A stretch of 64,000 nt of DNA from positions 30,938,001 to 31,002,000 of the forward strand of contig OZ004609.1 in assembly GCA_963924565.1 (NCBI GenBank). Direction: 5' to 3'. Under the pieces are notes generated by a model that was not told the origin of the DNA, did no database searches, and worked only from the letters and a program-made list of their open reading frames with translations. Positions within the stretch are counted from its first letter, which is position 1. Every line of letters starts with the position of its first letter. Positions 1 to 54,603 of this stretch are shown in pieces. A program made the translations under genes and the position numbers. The stretch comes from Ascidiella aspersa (taxonomy: Eukaryota).

Positions 1-363
1 TGTTTTTCTTTTAGGGTCGGTTCTTATAACTAGTGCCTAATGATAACATCGATACTTGAAAGATACTAAATTGTCGTAGGTGTGAACCAAACTAATTTTA
101 AATAGGTATTTCATCCATGTTTGCCGTTTTAATTCGATAAATTTTGCCTTTGTGACCATGGTAATGACATGGTTTATAATTGGATCAGCAGACCGTATTG
201 TTTGCCAACAACATCGAATACTGGCATCCGAAAAATGCATAAAGGCATTCCTTGTATTTCTAACCAACTCTGCCAACAAATTGTTGGCTTTATGAATTAT
301 TCTGAGTAAAACACTTAAAAAAGCGTCGGTTTCAATTATATTGGACGTTTTACTTTTGCGCAG

Positions 364-43570
<43,207 letters not shown>

Positions 43571-44850
43571 ACTGAGATTTATTTTCGTATTTTATAAGTT
43601 AAGGCATGTGTAACACTTTTTTTGGCGCGTTGTTTTAAGTTCAAGCATGCAGTGTTACAATTTTTTCCGTGTAAGCTTTTCTTGCCTCTTATTTATTGGG
43701 ATGTTAAATATATATTTGTCTTTTGGCGTTTAAATAATATCGATTTGTGCATTGTGGTTTAAGAAGCAGATGCAGTTGTCAGACAGTGATTACATGTCAG
43801 CAGAATGTGTGGCAGATTAGGCCATTTTAATAGCGATTGCACTATTTCGCTTTAAGAGCAGATCAGGAAAAGGCTACAAATTTTGATGACCTAACGAAAG
43901 GAAACTAAAAATCACCATGTGACTGATTCGATCTCTAGTTGTGTTCAACATCATTGCGACGACGTGGTTACGTATTTCAGGACTTTGTTATACTATTGTT
44001 AGTTGAAAATAAAAACAGATTCATTAAGATGGTTTTCATATGTTTTATTACTTGTTACTTCTTAAACTCAAAGAAAGGTTGTTGGCCTGAGTTACCTAAA
44101 CCGAAAATATCGGGGAGAGAGAACTGTCTGCAAAACGTTTTTAAGGTTTCTATGAGAAATGCTCGATGTCTGTGTTGATGCAGTTCATGTTGTTTAGAAA
44201 AACAAAGAAGTTTAACCTAATGTAGCATATGCGGTTAAAACAGAAAAACATGCCTTGAGCTCACCTACAATGCCGTTGGTTAGACAAAACATGGTATTTT
44301 GCAAATTAACTTTTTTAAAGCATACAAGATTAAGATCATAAAGTACAACATGTTCTGGGTCTGGCCATGCCCATGTGTAATTAAATTTAACTAACACACG
44401 TGATTTTAAATAACTCTCATTGTTCAATAAAAATAATTTATGAGTATTTTATGCTGATTTTAAATTGTATTGTGGTTTCTCCAATAAATTTATAAATAAA
44501 ATATTGTTTTTAATATTTTTATTTGTTTTTTGGTATTTCTAATTTGATGATCTAGTTACGATATGGTTTAGTATTTTATTATTAGCTTTACTAAATGTTG
44601 TAAAAAACAATCACCATGATTTATGACACGATGGTTTTATTCTTTATGTGATCATTTTTGTATCTATTTCCAATCGTTTATGAATCCTTAATTATCCTGT
44701 CTTTAAAAACAATAACATTTATAACTTTAAAAACAATAACATTTTTTAATGTTTTTTTATTTTGTTAACAGGTTGGTAATAATGTCAGCTAAGCGTTATT
44801 TTCACATGGTTTTTTAACTCCACCAAACTGTTTGCTCTCCTATTCGCAAT

Positions 44851-46803
44851 ATGGAACATGCATTTACAAAACGATTAAAGTCTAGGGAAATTAACAACAA
44901 ACTTACTGGTTCATTTGCCAGAAAAAGCTACATTGATGGCGATTTGCTTCAGCGGTTGCAGCTCGAACAAGAATTAACTGGACATACTGGCTGTGTGAAT
45001 TGCTTGGATTGGAATGAGAGCGGTCGTTTGCTAGCGAGTGGCTCTGATGACACAAATGTTATCCTGTGGAATCCTTTTACATACAGTCCAATAAAAACCA
45101 TCAAGACTGGTCATCATGGCAACATATTTTCGGTCAAGTTTTTTCCACAAACCAACGACCAGATAATTGCTTCGGGGGCTGCCGATTTTCATGTTTTCAT
45201 GCATGACATTAATTATTCCGAAAAGATCCACGGCTTCAGTTGCAATGCCAGGGTAAAAAGGCTGGTCACTCATCCCGGCGTGCCCCGCATTCTCTGGTGT
45301 GCGTCAGAGGATGGTAAAGTGCGGGAGTTTGACATGCGCGAACCGGAGAAAACATGTGTCAGAGTGCTCATCAATCTAACAAGCATGTGTGGGCCTGGTA
45401 CCGAATGCAAATGCTTGGCCATCAACCCAGTGAACAGCAATCTACTTGCTGTTGGAATAAATGATCCCTATGTGAGGCTCTATGACCGGCGTATGATAAA
45501 GGTTGCCGAGCACGGTACTCAACAGAATGGGCAAAAGCGTAAAGACAATTCGCACAACCTGACACAAGGCTGTGTCAGCTATTTCATTCCTGGCCATCTA
45601 AGGCACAAACAAAAAGAATATCAGCGAAAATCGCGGTATCTGTGCTCTACCTATGTTACATTCAGTCCGAATGGAGACGATCTCCTTGTAAATGTCGGTG
45701 GTGAACAGGTTTATTTATTTGACTTCAACCACAAAGTGAAAGCTCTTTTCCAGCCAGTATCACACAAGCCAAGGAAAAGCAAGAGATCCTCAAGCCTAAA
45801 TGGTGCAGTTAAAAGCTTTGCCACAGCTGACCATGAGACTCCCCACAGCAGCAAGCAGATTACCAATGGCTGCATGCTGCAACCGACAAGTCACAAATCA
45901 AAATCTTCCATGCTGCCTCCACATATAGAAAAGTTCAAAGAAAAAGCAAATGACTTGTTTAGTAGGCAGCAGTTCTCTGCAGCCATAATGGTTTACAATG
46001 CTGCTATTGACCAGGCACCCAAGTCATCAGTATTGTATGGAAATCGAGCCGCTGCCTATATCAAGAGGGCTTGGGATGGTGATATGTATGCTGCCCTTCG
46101 CGACTGCTACAGTGCACTTTCATACAATTCCGAACACATCAAGGCACACTTTCGTCTTGTCCGGTGTTTGTTTGAGCTGCGTTGGTTGACAGAAGCGCAA
46201 ATTGTGCTGCAAGAGTTCAAGCAGAAATATCCCGACTATGCTAAAAGCAAGGCATGTATAGCCGTGGAAAAGGACATAAAGAGCGCATTAAAAAGTCCAA
46301 AAAAGCGAGAGAAAGACGTTGATGATGACAGTTCTCCCACAGAACTAGAGTTGCAACTGGAAAATGAGGCTTTTGATTACCAGCAAAGGTATTGTGGGCA
46401 CTGTAACACAACAACTGACATCAAAGAGGCCAACTTTTTTGGCAATGACGGCCAGTATGTTATAGCTGGCTCCGACGATGGTTCGTTTTTTGTTTGGGAA
46501 CGGAAAACAGCAAATCTGGTTCGGGTAATGCATGCTGACGATTCAATCGTAAACTGCCTGCAGCCGCATCCACACACTTGTATGTTAGCGACTAGTGGAA
46601 TTGATCCAGTTGTCCGTTTGTGGAGTCCCATTGGCGTCAGCAACAATGACGAGCGAACAGTTTTTGAAACTGAAATAGCAGCTGCAGCGAACCAAAAGCG
46701 AATGAACACTGACCCAATTGAAACAATGCTGCTTTCAATGGGTATGAGAACAGTTGGCAGTGAAAATGAAGAGGGGGAAGTAATGCCATGTAGAGCCAGT
46801 TAG
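44851..46803 (+). CDS. WDTC1: WD and tetratricopeptide repeats protein 1 (adipose/DCAF9), intronless
   Basis: LEQELTGHTGCVNCLDWN...LASGSDD, TGHHGNIFSVKF, central TPRs (LYGNRAAAYIKRAWDGD), C-terminal YCGHCNTTTDIKEANFFG and LATSGIDPVVRLWSP; 650 aa. Confidence 0.96.
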   Translation: MEHAFTKRLKSREINNKLTGSFARKSYIDGDLLQRLQLEQELTGHTGCVNCLDWNESGRLLASGSDDTNVILWNPFTYSPIKTIKTGHHGNIFSVKFFPQTNDQIIASGAADFHVFMHDINYSEKIHGFSCNARVKRLVTHPGVPRILWCASEDGKVREFDMREPEKTCVRVLINLTSMCGPGTECKCLAINPVNSNLLAVGINDPYVRLYDRRMIKVAEHGTQQNGQKRKDNSHNLTQGCVSYFIPGHLRHKQKEYQRKSRYLCSTYVTFSPNGDDLLVNVGGEQVYLFDFNHKVKALFQPVSHKPRKSKRSSSLNGAVKSFATADHETPHSSKQITNGCMLQPTSHKSKSSMLPPHIEKFKEKANDLFSRQQFSAAIMVYNAAIDQAPKSSVLYGNRAAAYIKRAWDGDMYAALRDCYSALSYNSEHIKAHFRLVRCLFELRWLTEAQIVLQEFKQKYPDYAKSKACIAVEKDIKSALKSPKKREKDVDDDSSPTELELQLENEAFDYQQRYCGHCNTTTDIKEANFFGNDGQYVIAGSDDGSFFVWERKTANLVRVMHADDSIVNCLQPHPHTCMLATSGIDPVVRLWSPIGVSNNDERTVFETEIAAAANQKRMNTDPIETMLLSMGMRTVGSENEEGEVMPCRAS

Positions 46804-47036
46804 TACTTGTTTGGTGGATTGTAATTGCAAACTGTTAAATGCATAAGGTTTAACCTAGAGACAGTTCTTCTGTACCCTGACCTCTATTTCCATTTCTGGG
46901 GTTTCGTAATATAATTGTATCTTGTTGCTGTCTATAATAGTTTTTGTTGTTATACAGTGGTGTTTTGGTCCTTTATTTTGCTGTATTCTGGGACAAAGAG
47001 AATTTGAACTTTATAATTAGCAAAAGTTGTTGCACC

Positions 47037-47218
47037 CAGGGTTTTTTTAAGGTTTGGTTTGGGACTGCTAAGTAGTTTTAAGAGACCGCAAGTATTTCAT
47101 TTAAATACCAGAAAATAGCCATATTTGCTTAAACGAATTATTTATTATTTTTTGGGAAACCGCTGGAGAAATTTGGGGGATCGTTTCGGTCCCCCAAAAC
47201 ACCTTAAAAAAAACACTG
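47037..47218. mobile_element. hAT-type MITE
   Basis: TIRs CAGGGTTTTTTTAAGGT / ACCTTAAAAAAAACACTG; 8-bp TSD GTTGCACC (47029-47036, 47219-47226). Confidence 0.88.
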
Positions 47219-47746
47219 GTTGCACCACATATATTTTCCCATTGCGCATTGTTGGAGTAGTTAAATTTGACTTTTAGTCAGGCATACCTTGAAGTAAATT
47301 CATGCTTCCTATTTTCGCCTAAACATAATTCAATTATGGAACTTGTTTTGCTCATACATGTATAAAGATTTGCATATATATTGATATAAAAGAAAGCTAC
47401 AGTTTACAATATTAATCCTTTTTATTTGCCATATGATGCAACACGATTTTTTTTATTGTTTTCGAACTTATTGATCTTTGTCATATCCAAATTTGTTGTT
47501 ATAAAATACAAATTAGACAGTCAAGCTTGTTTATTTGACTAAAAAAATACCTGTAAGTTTCATATTAAATGACCAGTGTTAATTGACCTTTCTTGAAACA
47601 TTTTTCTTCTGTTAGGCCACACTTTGTGCTGTTTACTTTTTTTGCTTTTCTAAAGTTTACTTTTTCAATATCTATAAATGTATGTAGAATCCAAGCTAGG
47701 GGTTACAGTATTTTTCTTAAACTGTCCAAAGCTTTGGAATTGAAAC

Positions 47747-47998
47747 ATGCCTGTTACGGGAAATATGGGTGCAATGCAAGGACAAAAGCCGTCCTGCTGG
47801 CAAACGGTCAAGATGGGGTTTACGATGGGATTTATGGTTGGAATGGGTGCCGGCGTAATTTTTGGAACCTTCGGTGGACTCCGAATGGGCCAGCGAGGTC
47901 GCGAACTTTTCGGCACGATCGGAAAGACAATGGTTCAGAGTGGTGGAACCTTCGGGACATTTATGGGCATCGGAATGGGAATGAGAGGATGCTTATGA
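47747..47998 (+). CDS. ROMO1: Reactive oxygen species modulator 1 (Mgr2 family), intronless
   Basis: MPV...[18 protein letters not shown]...[16 protein letters not shown]...[23 protein letters not shown]; 83 aa. Confidence 0.95.
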   Translation: MPVTGNMGAMQGQKPSCWQTVKMGFTMGFMVGMGAGVIFGTFGGLRMGQRGRELFGTIGKTMVQSGGTFGTFMGIGMGMRGCL

Positions 47999-48207
47999 TT
48001 CCTGGACAAAAAAGAAGGTCCTTATCAACAGTATCCCACCATTTCAAATTAAACGCTTGCAACTCCTGATCAAAGCTGAGGGTTGTATATCCATTTTTTT
48101 TGTGTTGCGTTTTTTGTGTGTGTGCAACTGTTGCCTTTCCATTTTGTATCCAATTGTTAATTTGAATTTGCGCTATTTTGTGGGATAAGGTACTTAGCTT
48201 ATTAAAC

Positions 48208-51037
48208 ATGGCTGCAGTGCAGTATAAGCTGGAGGGAAATCGACTCTTTTCACAGAAGAAGTATGAAGAAGCAATCAAGCAATATTCAAAAGCAATTGTA
48301 AATAATTCTTTATTGTTCCTCAACCTCACTTTTTACTAACCTACATCTATAGATTGACTTTTACATTTATACATCATTTATTTAGTGTGATGTGTAATTT
48401 CAAGGTTGGTACGTGTTATGTTATAGAACAAGAATGGAAACACTGCAGTGTACTACACAAATCGTGCACTTTGCAATTTAAAACTTAAGCAGTGGGATGA
48501 GGTTTGTTTATTTCATTTGTATTTTACAGCCAAAAACATATACCATAAAATTAAAATAGATTGGTAAGACAATTTTGCTTGATTTCTTACATGTGTAAAT
48601 TTTTCAGCATTGCAATATTGATATGACACTTTTTATTCTTCATATTTTGCCTTTTTCAGGTAATAACAGATTGCAAAACTGCCATTGACCATGACTCACA
48701 GTCGGTTAAGGGCCATTTCTTCCTCGGGCAATCTGAAGTGGAACTCGAAAAGTATGATGAAGCTATCTTTCACCTAACAAAAGGTAGTTTTGTAGAGTTG
48801 TTTGTTTAGTGTCATGTTTAGTTTTAGGCATTCAAAGTATTTTTTTTTGATGTAGAAAATTTGCAAAATTACTGAAATTTATCGGAATACAGTTGTTAAT
48901 ATTGTCTCACAAATGCATGTTGTTTTTAGATTTTCGTTTAAATTTTAAAGTATGCCATATCTCTTTCAGTCTCAAGTAAGCCTAAAATGTTTTAATAAAT
49001 TTGCAAATGTAATGGTGCAATAAATTTTCCATTTTGCGGTGATTAGGAAATAAAAGAAAGTGTTTTCTTTATTTAACATTGACAATGTGGTAAATAGCAC
49101 AGAACCTCAATATTTCTAGTTTGTTTGCACCAATTTCTGTTTCATAGAAAAACTTGTTTATTGTGATATATCTATCAGTTTAGAATTTCAGACAGTAGAC
49201 TATTTTTTACATTAAGCTCATGAACTTGCCAAACAGCAAAAGTTAAACTTTGGTGATGACATTGCTTCCACATTAAGACTTGCCAAAAGTAAAAGATGGG
49301 ACAATTTAGAAAAAGTAAGAATAACGCAGGAGATTGAACTACAAACCTACCTCAACAACCTAATTGAAAAAGACAAGCAACAGTAAGTTTTGGAAGCACA
49401 AATCTCTTTTGAATTGTAGAAAGCAAGCATTTTAATTATACATATCACTTGTACAAAATTTTAAAATGTAATTTTTTTAAGAAAACTAGAAGAAAGAAAA
49501 AAAGAAATTGAAAGTGATGAAAAGGAAAATATAGAAAAAGTACAAGCGGATATTGAAAATCAATTTGTAGGTTTTTTTTACAATATTAGTTAATCACAAA
49601 AAAGCTAAATCTTCTTATTTCTTCAGGAAAAAAGAAAATCTGAACTAAACTGTATTTTTGCACAAGTTGATGAACGGAGAAAGGTGAGAAGAAAAAATGT
49701 TTATAGAAATACAAAAAAGTTTATTCATTATCAAGACCAGTGCTTTTCAACCGGGTGTAGAGGGTGTACCATCATCTTTAAAGGGTGTACCACTTTGATG
49801 AGATGTACAGGGGTGTACCAGATAACGCATGACAATAGGCCGATATTATATTATCATGCGACCAGTTTGACCTCTAGTAACCTGTTGTTTTGACGTGACT
49901 TCGTGGCTATTTAACATAAACGATGTTAGAGTAAGCATCTGCAGTTTTTGCTGTACACGTTTAAGGTTTGCCAGCACAAAATAGTAACTCAACAATACCT
50001 GAATTAAAAGTTTGTGACGCACTAGTAAAGAGTAAAATATGGTTGGAACTATGCCCTGAAGCAATTTCAAAAGCTCACATTAAATGAATGATGAAGTTTT
50101 TTAGTTGTATAAAGATAAGCTATGGATTTCCTATACTTGCAGCCCTGCTTATCCTTTTTCTGATTAGGATTACTACAGATTCGGTGTATTGCGTGTACTG
50201 GGGTCTATAACTTTTGGGTAAACATAAAAAGGGTGTACCATTCCAAAAAAGGTTGACAAGCACTAATCAAGACCACCAGGCCTGCCCAACTTAAAATAAC
50301 TTTAGCCACTATACATACTAATGTTGATGTAATTATTTTAACCATAAACATGATACAAAGATTAATTACCGTGTTGGGTAAAAATTAAAACAAAAAGTAA
50401 TGCACTACCAAGTACCTATGTCTTATTTGTGTGTAGATATTCAATACAAAGTAAGTCTGCACTTTAGTTACGTTGAAGTAATAAACTGAAAAAAGTGTTA
50501 TTACAATATGAGCGACAACAAAACTTTATGGTTGCATATTGTGACCTACTAAATAAGGCTGGTGTCCTTCAACTTCCACGTGAGTATTATATATATTAAA
50601 GGATGATTTCTCTTTATTTAGACCCGTGATGTGCCAGACTACCTCTGCGGAAAGATTAGTTTTGAAATAATGAAAAATCCAGTAATAAGTCCAAGTGGGA
50701 TTACCTATGACCGAAAGGACATTGAGGAACACTTACAGGTAACTAATAATACTAATTGACTATTTTTTTAAGAAAGCTGTCATGCGATCAATTTCACTTG
50801 TAGCGGATTTAGGAGATTAGGTATTTTGTTTTGTTAGTCAATAGAAAGTAAAATGAAATATTTGATTTAAACTTACATTTTTGTTTAATCTTAACTTATA
50901 TGAATTTTTAGAGAGTTGGACACTTCGATCCAGTAACACGGCATGAGCTAAAACTAAACCAACTAATTCCAAACTTGGCAATGAAAGAAGTAATCACCCA
51001 TTTTATAGAAGAAAATGGATGGGTCGAAGAATATTAA
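48208..51037 (+). CDS. STUB1: E3 ubiquitin ligase CHIP (TPR + U-box), 8 exons; not shown as a single ORF in the track
   Basis: Exons 48208-48297, 48427-48501, 48660-48783, 49217-49382, 49482-49566, 49627-49683, 50622-50738, 50912-51037. TPR motifs KLEGNRLF...[15 protein letters not shown]; U-box [15 protein letters not shown]...[26 protein letters not shown]...[17 protein letters not shown] at 51205. Confidence 0.95.
49738..50265. mobile_element. hAT-type MITE in STUB1 intron 6
   Basis: TIRs CAGTGCTTTTCAACC / GGTTGACAAGCACTA; 8-bp TSD ATCAAGAC (49730-49737, 50266-50273); subterminal GGGTGTACCA repeats. Confidence 0.88.
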
Positions 51038-51666
51038 GTAAAAACATACATTTTTCTGTATGCCTTTTCTGTGCGCAATTATTTCTTTATATATGTTGAT
51101 ATTTTATGTGTCATTACGTTCTTTCTGTGTACATGTTTTTATTTTTCCACTTCAGTTCTGATGCTTCTTGACTTTGGTAATATCAGTTATTCAATACTGG
51201 TATGAATAAACTAACTTTTTTCCTTATTTATTATTCTTTTGGTTGACAGACACATGTTATTTAACTGATTGTGCATAACTTTTACTAAACCAAGACAGTT
51301 TATGCGATCTGTCTTGGTAAAAGAATATATGGTAAATATATAAATACTTATATTATGTGCTGATGTTTTACTGGCTATGAAAACTAAAATTTATAAAAAT
51401 AGGGAAAACTATTTTTCACTTTTTTGCTTGTTGTAGTGATACAGTTTGCAATAAAAATGTATTTTTTGGGGTTATGTGGTATCAAATCTTTCCCTTCTAC
51501 TGTTGCAATGTAAATATACATTTCAAACAACTACACAGTTCTTATGTTGCAGTTCAATTTTGTTTTGAGTTTGAGACAATTAGTTTTAATACCAATGACC
51601 TCAGTGAAGATTGTTGTATAGCGATCAACACTATTAAACGAACAACTCTCAAGTGTGTAATATTTA

Positions 51667-53202
51667 TTAGCGATGATTGAAAAATTGATTGGGTGGAAAG
51701 TCAAATGATGGAGGGGGTGGTGGTGGTTGTCTAAAATTTTGGAGCATTTGCTGTGGAAAGGGTGGAGGTTGATTAGGATGTGCACCTCTATGATGCTGTT
51801 GCCAGGGGTTAAAAAATGGCTGGGGGCCAGGGTGACCCATTCGTTGAGGATTCATCCATAGGTTGTTTGGCGGTCTTTGACGTGGCGCAGAAAATGTATG
51901 GCTTCGGTTATGCCAATTTTCATTATTTTGTCTTTGAGGTGGTGCGATTGCCCTTGGAGCCGGAGCTTGTTCCGTTTCAGTTGCAACTTTCCTTTTTCTT
52001 TGTTGCTTCTTCTGTTGTTTTGCTGTTCTCTCAGCTTCGTCATCTGAGTAATCTAAACATTCGGCCGGGGGCTCGTTGTCACCCAACCAAGAAGCGTCCG
52101 AGCCCTTTGACTTGGTCAACTGGGATGTGAGAATAAACGAAGTGATTTCACCCTTTCGTGGTAAATAAAAAATGTCCTGATTAATTGTCAGCTGGTTTTC
52201 CTCTTGTAAATTCGGGCACAAAACATAAAATGGTGAAACGACAGGCCCAAAGGTTTCTAACACCTTCCCAAGGACAGTCTGATCTTGCAGAAAGAGTAAA
52301 CTTTCCAGGTTAAGTGCAGGCCTGCCTGCTATTGCCCTAACCAGCACCATTTTGTTTTCAATAATTTTCGCAACTGAGCCAAGTTTTTCAAGGCGAGCAT
52401 TGGCAGGCATAACAAAGGCACTATCTTGAGTGTCTGTGGTGTTATCTAACAACAGTTCTTTGAAAATGGTAGAAACCTGGTCTACCTTGCTGTTATTGAT
52501 TTCTTTGTTTTTGTTAACTGATTCAGCCTCTTCTTCTAGGATAATTTCAGTTGATGAATCTGATGATATTGAACTGCTATCATCGTCTGTTGACGAATCA
52601 CTAGTGTCACTATCATCAACTTTAATAACATTTTGTGACCTGTGCAATAGGTTCTCTTGCGAATCTGCTTCAATCTTGGCCTGTTTGATTTCACCTGCCA
52701 AAGTGTCTTGCGTTTTTTCTTTTACTGTACTATAGTTGTGATCAGTCAAATATTCAGCAGGAAAAGGCCCAATATAAGTTTGATTAGCATCCAAGTTCTG
52801 TGGAGTGTTTTGTTTCGAGTTTTCAATTTCAGGTGATGTGTCTGACCCAACTTCATGGCTACCTGTTATTTCATGTTCACTTAAATCAATAGTAATTTCC
52901 TCTGACACACATTGCACATCACACTTTTCAGTTCTTTCAGGTGCATTGCGTATGATGGGCTCTTTATTTTCACTTTGTATAGATAAGTCTTTATTGATTT
53001 TACAATCTTTGATGGTACTTGATTTATTGACAAGTTCGACTGCTGGGTCTATCCCTGTTAACTTGGCTGAAGTACTTTCCAATCCTATGGCAGTTTGTTG
53101 ATCGTTATTGTCTTGTGTTTCATTATTCATATCCAATGTAGTCCCATCAGAAGATACTGTTGGTATGTTGCAAATATCCTGTGCATCATTTACTTCATCC
53201 AT
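51667..53202 (-). CDS. NAF1: H/ACA ribonucleoprotein assembly factor NAF1, intronless
   Basis: Acidic N-terminus, Gar1/Naf1 core (LGKVLETFGPVVSPFYV), KGSDASWLGDNEPPAECLDYSDDEAER signature, Pro-rich tail; 511 aa. Confidence 0.94.
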   Translation of the reverse strand: MDEVNDAQDICNIPTVSSDGTTLDMNNETQDNNDQQTAIGLESTSAKLTGIDPAVELVNKSSTIKDCKINKDLSIQSENKEPIIRNAPERTEKCDVQCVSEEITIDLSEHEITGSHEVGSDTSPEIENSKQNTPQNLDANQTYIGPFPAEYLTDHNYSTVKEKTQDTLAGEIKQAKIEADSQENLLHRSQNVIKVDDSDTSDSSTDDDSSSISSDSSTEIILEEEAESVNKNKEINNSKVDQVSTIFKELLLDNTTDTQDSAFVMPANARLEKLGSVAKIIENKMVLVRAIAGRPALNLESLLFLQDQTVLGKVLETFGPVVSPFYVLCPNLQEENQLTINQDIFYLPRKGEITSFILTSQLTKSKGSDASWLGDNEPPAECLDYSDDEAERTAKQQKKQQRKRKVATETEQAPAPRAIAPPQRQNNENWHNRSHTFSAPRQRPPNNLWMNPQRMGHPGPQPFFNPWQQHHRGAHPNQPPPFPQQMLQNFRQPPPPPPSFDFPPNQFFNHR

Positions 53203-53378
53203 TTTAATAAATCTCTAAATGATTATAAAAAATGTCATAATTAACAAATAGTCATAATTGCATAACGAAAAATAAAATAAACACCAACTTTTTTATATTA
53301 AATTCTGGTTTGTTAAAATACACTACACAGCAACAGTTGGATGTGATAAATCATTATATATATATATATATATATACT

Positions 53379-53723
53379 CAGGAAAGCCGGAGCGATTTCA
53401 GGGCAAGGAGGGCGACTTTTTTGGTGAGGGCAACATAGACCGCAGGCGAGCATAGCGAGCCGAAATATTGTGGGGTCCGGGGGTAATCCCCAGGAAAACT
53501 TTTTGAGGCCACACCCTCTAGATTGGCTTAAAATGGTTTAACAAATGTCAACCATGTCATTTTACAAATTTTTCGGAAGCTCAAGCCCTAACACTGCTTT
53601 ATGATTTCTGTCACATAATATTTAACGTTGTGAATGCCATATATTATTTTTCATGAAAAGGGCACTTTTGACCCCTTAGCAAAGGGCAGGAGGGGCGCTT
53701 GCCCCCCCTCTCCGGCGTCCTTG
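53379..53723. mobile_element. GC-rich hAT-type MITE inserted next to a (TA)n tract between PEX2 and NAF1
   Basis: Termini CAGGAAAGCCGGAG / CTCCGGCGTCCTTG; 8-bp TSD TATATACT (53371-53378, 53724-53731). Confidence 0.82.
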
Positions 53724-53796
53724 TATATACTATACTATACATGTTTAAAAATAAAAAGAAGGGCACATTAAGTAAAAAGTTACATAAAGGTCTTGG

Positions 53797-54603
53797 CTAG
53801 AAGTTTTGAAAAGGCAGGTGGTCGACACTTGGAAATTGCTGATTGCAACTTTCGCATTTCACAGAAACTTCATTCGCAAGTACAGCATTTGCACAATAGT
53901 AGCAATAGACAAGACACTTACAAGATGCCTGGCATGGCAAGATTGGAAGACGTTGGCAAAAAGCACAGTTTGAAGTGTTTAATGCTTTAGCCTGTGGCTC
54001 TTTTAAAGACAACCAGCTTTTCAGCTTTCTTACATTAGTTAGTGACGAAAAATATACCAACAAGTTTGCAAATTGTTCTAAAAGCATCTCGCGACTGACT
54101 GTAGTGAACGAGATTTGACTTGCAAAACTTTTATCGATCAACATCGCTTGCAAGCCCAAGACTCGAAGAGCAATGGAAGGAAACTTACCCTCGTTAATGA
54201 ACTTTAAAAAATTTACAACATTTACGAATAGAAGCAAAATTTCGAGCTTGGAAAAATGTTTGCTTACTTTTAAAATGTCTTTTGCCCAAACAAACTGTAG
54301 ATATCTTACAACAGCTAGCGATTTTATTAAGGTAGAGTCTGAGAATCTGCCCTGTCCGTTTACAAACTTAACGCCCATCAGAGTTTGACCGACAGAAAAG
54401 TTTGTTTTCCACAACGTGTTGTACAAAAGCATTCCGTACAGTCCTGCCGGTAAATGTCGAGACAGAAAGTTTCGTCCGAAAAAGTCGTGTTTCAAACACC
54501 TGTTTAGCTGTTCGATTAGCAGATCAAAGCAACTCCTGTCAAGTTCCATTATGTCCATTTGAGCAACTCTCAAAGCTGGAATCCTTTGCTCTTCCATTTT
54601 CAT
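53797..54603 (-). CDS. PEX2: Peroxin 2 (RING peroxin), intronless
   Basis: N-terminal LRVAQMDIMELD, SVGQTLMGVKF, NFLKFINEGKFPSIALRVLGL, C-terminal RING CAFC...C...YCYYC...CESC; 268 aa. Confidence 0.9.
   Translation of the reverse strand: MKMEEQRIPALRVAQMDIMELDRSCFDLLIEQLNRCLKHDFFGRNFLSRHLPAGLYGMLLYNTLWKTNFSVGQTLMGVKFVNGQGRFSDSTLIKSLAVVRYLQFVWAKDILKVSKHFSKLEILLLFVNVVNFLKFINEGKFPSIALRVLGLQAMLIDKSFASQISFTTVSREMLLEQFANLLVYFSSLTNVRKLKSWLSLKEPQAKALNTSNCAFCQRLPILPCQASCKCLVYCYYCANAVLANEVSVKCESCNQQFPSVDHLPFQNF

Noticed and set aside
43939-44220. Possible selenoprotein by TGA read-through (…RCLC*CSSCC…)
   Set aside because: TG-rich sequence yields Cys codons by chance; no recognisable family and no SECIS identified.
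47593-48069. 158-aa ORF overlapping ROMO1 in another frame
   Set aside because: Non-ATG start and no homology recognised; the ROMO1 frame explains the sequence.
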